In this document: piece by piece, positions 58,301 to 64,000 of the stretch
How the letters are laid out: every line of letters begins with the position of its first letter
Position numbering within the stretch: position 1 is the first letter of the stretch
Source: a virus
IMG/VR virus record: IMGVR_UViG_3300025438_000010
Coordinates: 1-64,000 of that record
Direction: 5' to 3' (one strand)
Length of the DNA: 64,000 bases
Translations under genes and position numbers: made by a program
The notes under the pieces: generated by a model
The model's database searches: none
Told to the model about the DNA's origin: nothing
What the model saw: the letters and a program-made list of their open reading frames with translations, nothing else

Positions 58301-60145
58301 CCTAAACCAGCTTTCCAAGAGTGCTACATTCAAATTGTTGATAACTCCAAATCGAGTTATCAGGAGGAAGATATGATCCCCGACGGCATTTACATTGATG
58401 AAGTGGACCCCCTGGGTGCGTCTGCTCTTGTAGCTAGTGGCCTCATAGCCGGAGCAGTCCCTCTAGAGCCCCCCACAGAGTGGTTCAATGACCCACGGCT
58501 GCGGCAGGCTACCCCTCTTACAATTGATGACGATGGAAGAGTTTTTGGGCACGTTGCCGCTTGGAATGTTGACCACATTGGAATGACGTCTGGGACTCGT
58601 CCTCCCCGTAGCCGCTCCAAGTACGCTTATTTCCACACGGGAGCCCTCAGGACAGCCGAAGGAGCAAACGTCCCCGTGGGGCAGCTTACCCTGGCTGGTG
58701 GACATGCGGGTCTAGAAGCTTCGGCGCAGGAAGCTGTTCGTCATTATGATGACACCGCTTCCGCGTTTGCAGACGTTCACGCTGGCGAAGATTCTTTCGG
58801 CATCTGGGTCGCCGGCTCTTTGCGACCCGGCATTACCCCAGAACAGGTTCGTGCAGCCCGTGCGTCAGCTCCCTCTGGTGACTGGCGTCCGATTAACGGT
58901 CGCCTAGAGCTGGTAGCAGTGTGTCAAGTAAATGTCCCCGGATTTCCCATTGCGCGGGCTCGTGTTGCCTCCGGTCAGGTTATGGCTTTAGTCGCAGCAG
59001 GTGCGAACGTTCTTGCTCACATGAAGCACGACCCACTCGCAGAGTTGAATCAAAAAGTTGATGAGGTTCTCCGGCAACAAAATCAGCCCTACTTTGAAAA
59101 AGCAGAGGAGCTAAAATCTCGCTTTAGCTCACTGACTTCTGATATTTACACGGAAAAAGCATCTGAGCTTTCCGCCCGTGTGAGTAAGGCTAAGAAGGAA
59201 GACGAAGAAAGCTCTGACTACATGATCCAGATGATGGATGATGATCCCGAATCAGAAATGGCCGTTGTCCCTCGTAGAGTCCGCCAGCGTCTTGCAAAAG
59301 AGGGTAAGGCAATGCCAGATGGCTCCTTCCCCATCCGCAACCCCCAGGACTTGAAAAATGCCATTCGCGCTTATGGCCGGGCAAAGCCAGGAAGTAAGGG
59401 TGCGGTTCGTAAGCACATTATGCGACGAGCTAAGGGCTTAAAGCTGACAGACCTGATTCCACCCAAATGGAGTACCGCGTATTCAGAGGACGGAGAAGAG
59501 CTGTCGCTAAGGCAGAGAGCCGAGGCCGCCGCCTCTTTTTTAAAAAGTGAGGCAGTTTTTGCACAAGCCGTAGAGCTGGACCCGGACGAAATCAATGTCA
59601 TTAAGCAGCTTCCGGGGCGGGATGAAGATGGCAGGATTAAGTACACACCTGAGACACAGCCTCGTGATGCCGAGGGGAAGTTTCGCAGGGTCTTGGCTCG
59701 TCTAAAGAATGATCTGGGCACTTCAGGTCTTCAAGATGTTGTCGAAAAGGTCGAAGAGGCAGAGGGTATGGCATTTGCCGGAAACTACGCTCAAGCCGCT
59801 GAGTCCGCCGCTGCTCTTATCGATATTTTAGAGCGCCTAGACACTAACGCCCTTAATTCGGATGCGCTGGAGAATATTAAATCCAGTACTGCAGAGCTAG
59901 GCAAGGTAATTGCCAATCTTCCTCTTGCCTTCGGTGAAGATGCAGAGAAAATTCGCTTCAGTGATGTCCCTCCGGCGCTGCAAAGATTGATGGAAGAAAT
60001 GATTGAGCGAGTCGAGGAAAAGATTGGTCAAGAAGACGCCGACATCGCTACGCAGGGGCTGAAGTCCTTTATGTCCGGGTCAGACCTGTACAGCCAGTCA
60101 GAGATATCCAGCGAAATGTCTACGCTTTTGAGGCTCCTCACCTAA
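55355..60145 (+). CDS. multidomain capsid maturation (prohead) protease
   Basis: ETGDGR, PL.WQ...GH..VVG, GVSAD; GRVFGH.A.W; PDGSFPI domain; upstream of capsid. Confidence 0.7.
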   Translation: MIELLGHRGNRVLFDDDGYGVIIDAQENTVVEYGETDSLVASADWSSSTESGNYALAEELASAALTDLDINVLSANDRMYTIPAGVKEEAKRGLKWRKEESRGGTSVGLNTARTLAKGGQIGIKKVRHIAKYFPRHEVDKKGKGYKPKEDGYPSNGRIAWALWGGDSGKSWASRIVESEDKKNKKGVSAGGYDQSPRVDFSAFTEKTDFYVRIRLDGTGIDRLYRVLTDGMCQVWDDGCWDDMGDISFDFITYDKALDDPYDSCKKIHVPVDLKTAVAVSALFDSDPYRAVKIVEIEPEETTLFEKSMAELDWDVFDQLSDDQLEVDDYWDDGLTASGTATFAEEADSTPGVYTEEERSENASTQVRDRLGRFAEVGQRVVIGGNYNYQGNITALDGATKQISVELDNGTSVDVPGDSVQDVSTFEPIPVSSPTATPLDYTGILGEPRVPIDQPNAMLPGRLPPLTATDTNLLVNDWDSWVAGQRLAPEYSGDPLPPFVPKEVPDINTAMGRYYEGAFNPDGSTKPGWNPAVAQNVFNEPLLRDWLDERYANNSGEIGYHNRGWYTPPVTPRSTPVEQKKTRSEVYDPTNVAYWNDRFNPVNFSITAAADDKPLTPETSDVPVMYLAIVADDDPQAVMELVALVPASKTSNAPFAYKREPGKWVADNQIISDLRSATPPPVIVLDNEMLSEVTEQIDSIQASVKLPYFIAHTDNKIIRALVAAGGADRNRGNAEKLRRYWTVGKGGLKIRWNTPGDWTRCNRQLKKYMGPRAKGYCALRHKEMTGVWPGDKKNIGKKTKKALKASAELETLKSEDQIISEFTLRAKAESARSRVAGRHGVSPTLHGLEFVIPLVIPENVETGDGRIFKKGSITLRSLPLPLLWQIKTGDGHDGSVVVGQIIYMERTNEGIGNAYGVFDTGPFAKEAERLVRHGFIRGVSADMDKFETVDEILPEDEAGEKSDDDNAGKINIKSARVMAVTIVPKPAFQECYIQIVDNSKSSYQEEDMIPDGIYIDEVDPLGASALVASGLIAGAVPLEPPTEWFNDPRLRQATPLTIDDDGRVFGHVAAWNVDHIGMTSGTRPPRSRSKYAYFHTGALRTAEGANVPVGQLTLAGGHAGLEASAQEAVRHYDDTASAFADVHAGEDSFGIWVAGSLRPGITPEQVRAARASAPSGDWRPINGRLELVAVCQVNVPGFPIARARVASGQVMALVAAGANVLAHMKHDPLAELNQKVDEVLRQQNQPYFEKAEELKSRFSSLTSDIYTEKASELSARVSKAKKEDEESSDYMIQMMDDDPESEMAVVPRRVRQRLAKEGKAMPDGSFPIRNPQDLKNAIRAYGRAKPGSKGAVRKHIMRRAKGLKLTDLIPPKWSTAYSEDGEELSLRQRAEAAASFLKSEAVFAQAVELDPDEINVIKQLPGRDEDGRIKYTPETQPRDAEGKFRRVLARLKNDLGTSGLQDVVEKVEEAEGMAFAGNYAQAAESAAALIDILERLDTNALNSDALENIKSSTAELGKVIANLPLAFGEDAEKIRFSDVPPALQRLMEEMIERVEEKIGQEDADIATQGLKSFMSGSDLYSQSEISSEMSTLLRLLT

Positions 60146-60308
60146 GTGACCGAAAAGGGTTAAAAATCGTCCAATCACCTTTTTTAAACCCTAGTAACAT
60201 TATTACTAGGTGGAGTGCCTCTACACGCACTGCGGTTGGAAGTCCCTCGGCCTCGACTAACAAGCAATAGAACAACCCCGTTCTATCTGACTGCCCTAAG
60301 GAGGGACA

Positions 60309-62354
60309 GTGGACCAAATCAAAGAAATGCTGAATCAGCTTTCTGAGTTGGCCGACGATCAAGTCGGCGAACTTCAAAGCCAGATTGTCGGCGAATTTGA
60401 AGCGGTCGAGAAAGAAGACCCTTCTCCGCAGACAGTTGACGCTATGACGTCTCTTGCCGATATGCTCGACTCGGTTCGCACCGAGATGAAGCAGCGCGAG
60501 GCCGCAGCCCAGGAGCTTGCCCAGCGAGCCGCCGAGGCCGCTTCTCGTGTATATGGCGAAGGCGACTCAGCCGAAGAAGAAATGATGGCCGACTCAGAGA
60601 CCCCGATGGAAGAGGGTACTGAAGAGGCTGGCATGGACCCTGAGGCTGAAGAAATGGATAAAGAAATGGCTATGGAAAAAGAAGGAATCGTGGACACCGA
60701 GGACGGCCCTATGGAGGTCGAAATTGAGCCCGCAGATTCTGACGACATTGCTGAGGCTGAAGGCGAAATGCCTGATGACGAAGAAGAAAAAGCCATGATG
60801 TCCGAAGCGTCAATTGACGAAGAGAAGACTACCGAACTCTCGACCGAAGAAACAACTACTTCTGAAGCACCTGCTGAAGAAGCACCTGAGGATGAAGAGA
60901 CCGACTCTTCTGAATCTGACGAATCAGCCGATGAAGATGCTGAAGGAACCGACGAAGCCGAGGCTTCCGTTGAGTCCGATGCAACTACAGAAGCTTCCGT
61001 CGAAACTCAAGAAACCCCAACTGAGCTTTCCGCTCAAGAAACTATGGAGGCACCCGTGACCGCCGCTGCACAAAACGCAGAAAACCTCGAGATTGAGGTA
61101 CCAGCGGACCGCCGCCCTGTTGCTCAGGTATCAGCAGCTCCCGTGGCTATCACGGCAGGTGCTGACATCCCAGGCTACACAGCTGGTAGTACGCTAGAAA
61201 GCATGGACACCGTCGCAGAGGCGATGTCCAAACGAATTCACTCGCTTCGCCGCGTGAATGGTGGAGATGGAGAGCAGCACATTGTTGCTTCTGTTACCAC
61301 CTCCTTCCCCGAAGAGCGTACGCTCTCAACCGATGCAGAAGCGAACTGGAACAAAATTCAGGACGTCGTTGGCCCCGAGGCCCTCGTCGCTGCTGGTGGA
61401 CACCAGGCTCCCTTTGAAGTTCGTTATGACATCTTTGGATTCGGTTCAACAAACCGTCCCGTCCGAGAGGCCCTTCCGAGCTTTCAAGCAGATCGTGGTG
61501 GAATTCGCTTCATTACTCCGCCAATTCTCTCTGACTACCCCGACGCAATAGGCGTGTGGACAGCTGCTAATGACGCAGCTGAAACCCCCAGCCCTAGCAC
61601 CAAGAACAGTCTGACTGTTGCTGCCGCTCAGGAGAACACCGTTGCTACTGACGCTGTGACCCTTCAGCTGCAGTTCGGCAACCTGGCAACTCGCGCGTAC
61701 CCTGAACTGATTGCTCGTCACAACGAGCTCGGTCTTGTTCAGCACGCACGCGAGGCAGAGCAGAACCTGCTCAGCAAGATTGCTGCTGGTTCGACAGCCG
61801 TAACCTCCACCAGCCTCATTGGTGTTGGTCGCGACTTCCTCGTCCAGCTTGGTCGCGCTGCTACAGGCTACCGTGCCCGGCACCGTCTTGAGCCAGATGC
61901 TCCATTGCGCATTATCCTCCCCGTGTGGGTTAAGGATGCAATGGTAGCTGACCTGGCTCTGTCGATGCCTGGTGACAGCCTGCTCAACGCATACAGCGAG
62001 ATTGACGGCCTGATGGCCTCTCGTGGCATCAACGCTAGCTACACCCTGGACAGTGGCATGGCCACCGCTCAAGGCGCTAACGCGCTGAACGAGTTCGCTG
62101 ATACCTTCGTTTGGTACATCTTCGCTGAAGGAACATTCTTGTTCCTTGATGGCGGAACACTGGACCTGGGTATCATCCGAGACAGCTCGCTCGCTGGAAC
62201 CAACGACTACAAGATGTTCGTTGAAACCTTCGAAGGTGTTGCAAAGGTCGGTGTCGAGAGCCTTGCGGTTACTTCCACTATCCAGGTGAATGGTGCGGCT
62301 GCTGCCCTCCGTGACACCCTTGGTGGGGTTGCCTCAGCGGTAATCGAGTACTAA
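60309..62354 (+). CDS. major capsid protein with acidic N-terminal scaffold region
   Basis: LVAAGG, RGGI, FLFLDGGTLDLGIIRDS...NDY..F.ETFEG. Confidence 0.85.
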   Translation: MDQIKEMLNQLSELADDQVGELQSQIVGEFEAVEKEDPSPQTVDAMTSLADMLDSVRTEMKQREAAAQELAQRAAEAASRVYGEGDSAEEEMMADSETPMEEGTEEAGMDPEAEEMDKEMAMEKEGIVDTEDGPMEVEIEPADSDDIAEAEGEMPDDEEEKAMMSEASIDEEKTTELSTEETTTSEAPAEEAPEDEETDSSESDESADEDAEGTDEAEASVESDATTEASVETQETPTELSAQETMEAPVTAAAQNAENLEIEVPADRRPVAQVSAAPVAITAGADIPGYTAGSTLESMDTVAEAMSKRIHSLRRVNGGDGEQHIVASVTTSFPEERTLSTDAEANWNKIQDVVGPEALVAAGGHQAPFEVRYDIFGFGSTNRPVREALPSFQADRGGIRFITPPILSDYPDAIGVWTAANDAAETPSPSTKNSLTVAAAQENTVATDAVTLQLQFGNLATRAYPELIARHNELGLVQHAREAEQNLLSKIAAGSTAVTSTSLIGVGRDFLVQLGRAATGYRARHRLEPDAPLRIILPVWVKDAMVADLALSMPGDSLLNAYSEIDGLMASRGINASYTLDSGMATAQGANALNEFADTFVWYIFAEGTFLFLDGGTLDLGIIRDSSLAGTNDYKMFVETFEGVAKVGVESLAVTSTIQVNGAAAALRDTLGGVASAVIEY

Positions 62355-62401
62355 TCCCCTAATCATCTACACGAGCAACGCTTACAGTCTAAGGAGTAAA
62401 A

Positions 62402-63289
62402 ATGGCAACATTTCAAGGAGTATTTGAAGCTCACAAGCTTACTCCCGCTCCCGCCGGACTGCTAAGCGTTGCTCGTGTGATGACACACACCGCTCGTGCC
62501 TATGACGAGCGCTGGGTTAGAGAGTTCTCTCAGGAGTATGACTCACTTCCCACATCAGTTCAACTATTAACAGTTAATGATGCGACCGTCGCAGACGGTG
62601 TTATTTCGACTGATTCTGGATCTAGTTACCTAGACTATGTTCCTTTTTACATTGATGTTGAGGATTTCGCCTCAACTTTTGGTCTTCTCGGAGAAGATCG
62701 GTTTAAGCGTGTTATCACAGAACTTGAGTCAGTTACTCAAAAGGTGATAGAGCGTGAGTTCTGGGAGGGTAAAGCCGCTCAGGCAGAGACTACTGCCAAT
62801 TCAAACATGTATTTGACCAAGTCTGGCTTAGCCACTATTCCCGTTGCGGGGGCCTTTAAGCCCGAAAACGCTTTGATGCACCTGGAACAGGCTATCTCTT
62901 CCTCCCCCGTAGGTGAGACCGGTGTTATTCACGTGACGCGCGACGTCGCCTCCATCCTGGGATCCCGGTTGGTTTACCTTAAAGCAAAAGACGACAACCC
63001 CGCTCAGGTGATGACTCGCCTTGGAACCCCCGTAGTCATCGGCTCGGGGTACACAGGGAAGGGCCCCATCGGGGACACAAACGCAGCGGCTTCGGCCACA
63101 AACAAATGGATTTTTGCCACAGGGAGCGTAGACGTTCACCTAGGCAAGATAGAGGTTGTAAACGACACCTTGGCTCAAGGTGCCGATGTTACAATTAATA
63201 ATATGAGAATCAAAGCGTATCGCCCAGCGGCGGTGCTCTCTGACCCAGCAATGCATTTTGCAATGCGAGTGACACTTCCCAGCGATTAA
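62402..63289 (+). CDS. virion structural protein (minor capsid or head-tail)
   Basis: position; GTPVVIGSGY, WIFATG.V. Confidence 0.55.
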   Translation: MATFQGVFEAHKLTPAPAGLLSVARVMTHTARAYDERWVREFSQEYDSLPTSVQLLTVNDATVADGVISTDSGSSYLDYVPFYIDVEDFASTFGLLGEDRFKRVITELESVTQKVIEREFWEGKAAQAETTANSNMYLTKSGLATIPVAGAFKPENALMHLEQAISSSPVGETGVIHVTRDVASILGSRLVYLKAKDDNPAQVMTRLGTPVVIGSGYTGKGPIGDTNAAASATNKWIFATGSVDVHLGKIEVVNDTLAQGADVTINNMRIKAYRPAAVLSDPAMHFAMRVTLPSD

Positions 63290-63323
63290 CCCACAAACAA
63301 GAAAGAAATAGGAGCACACTGGT

Positions 63324-64000
63324 ATGGCTACACAGGACTACGCGGCCAGCGTCCAAGGTGTGGCGATCCGAGTCACTCGACTGGACGCCGCAGGCAATCT
63401 GCTTAATGGACCCGGAGATTCCTACGCCACTTCGGCGTTTCTCCGAGCATCATTTACACCCGAATACGAAGAAGGCGACGAAATCACCGAGAAGGCTGCT
63501 GACGGCACAATTTGTGTTTCGTACAAAGCACCTGACACCCTCAAGCGAATCACCATGGAAATTGCGATCTGTGAGCCCGACCCCGAGCTTACAGCGTTGA
63601 TGTCCGGTGGATTGCTTCTTCGCAAGAACTACGGAAGCTTTGCTTCACCTGACAACAAGAGCATTGGTTGGGCCGCACCTGGTGTGGGCGACGACCCCGC
63701 TGGAAACGGTGTTTCCATCGAGGTTTGGTCCTTTGCTATTAAAGACGGCAAGCGTGACGCTGCTCTTCCCTACTTCTACTGGGTTTTCCCCTACGCCAAG
63801 TTGCGTCAGAGTGGTGACCGCGTTATCGAGAACGGCCTTCTCGCTAACACTTTTGAAGGACACGGACTGGGTAATGCGCTCTTCTCGACAGGTCTTGACG
63901 ACCGCTGGGAGTTCCCCATCGCCACAGAGCGTCCCTACAGCTACGCACGTGGCACATGGGCACCTGAAGGCCTTAAGGGCTTCTACCGTTGGTTTGGTCT
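63324..64000 (+). CDS. major tail (tube) protein, runs off the window edge
   Basis: hand translation MATQDYAASVQGVAIRVTRLD...YEEGDEI...CEPDP; AGGAG SD. Confidence 0.6.
   Translation, partial: MATQDYAASVQGVAIRVTRLDAAGNLLNGPGDSYATSAFLRASFTPEYEEGDEITEKAADGTICVSYKAPDTLKRITMEIAICEPDPELTALMSGGLLLRKNYGSFASPDNKSIGWAAPGVGDDPAGNGVSIEVWSFAIKDGKRDAALPYFYWVFPYAKLRQSGDRVIENGLLANTFEGHGLGNALFSTGLDDRWEFPIATERPYSYARGTWAPEGLKGFYRWFG

Noticed and set aside
41738-62072. Many short overlapping or antisense ORFs in the track
   Set aside because: Shadows of long coding genes with no SD or motifs.

Overview
This window is part of a large tailed-phage genome, read in the standard genetic code. The host is very probably an actinobacterium: there is a DUF3039 gene, gp88, an r1t-type holin, and many leaderless TANNNT-N6-ATG genes. 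Family calls come from motif recognition by eye; no searches were run. Layout: (1) 1-16.9 kb is a mixed accessory region: RNA ligase-like gene, glycan-modifying enzymes, papain-like peptidase, tRNA-Asn and tRNA-Thr, two M23 peptidases, RNR beta, GNAT, holin, a possible small terminase and an origin-like inverted repeat. (2) 17.1-29.9 kb is an array of 28 self-contained expression cassettes. Each begins with CCGTAAAA placed exactly 26 nt before a TANNNT -10 box, then usually a hairpin leader and SD, 1-3 small ORFs and a hairpin. A candidate sRNA displaying the 16S anti-SD sequence precedes the array, and an ORF-less cassette ends it. (3) 30-34.7 kb holds a MoxR AAA+/vWA pair and small genes. 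(4) 34.7-36.6 kb holds a 433-bp perfect duplication that puts one gene under two promoters, then low-complexity DNA that may be a genome terminus. (5) 36.7-64 kb is the head/tail module: portal, a 4527-aa polyvalent protein (DEDDh exonuclease, SF1 helicase, 2x ArdC-N/zincin, separated by a recurring [LF]NMA[VI]P linker), a multidomain prohead protease, major capsid and tail tube. Top candidates for novelty: the cassette array and its regulatory layer, a free-standing RNR-alpha C-tail CxxC peptide, and the motif-punctuated polyprotein.
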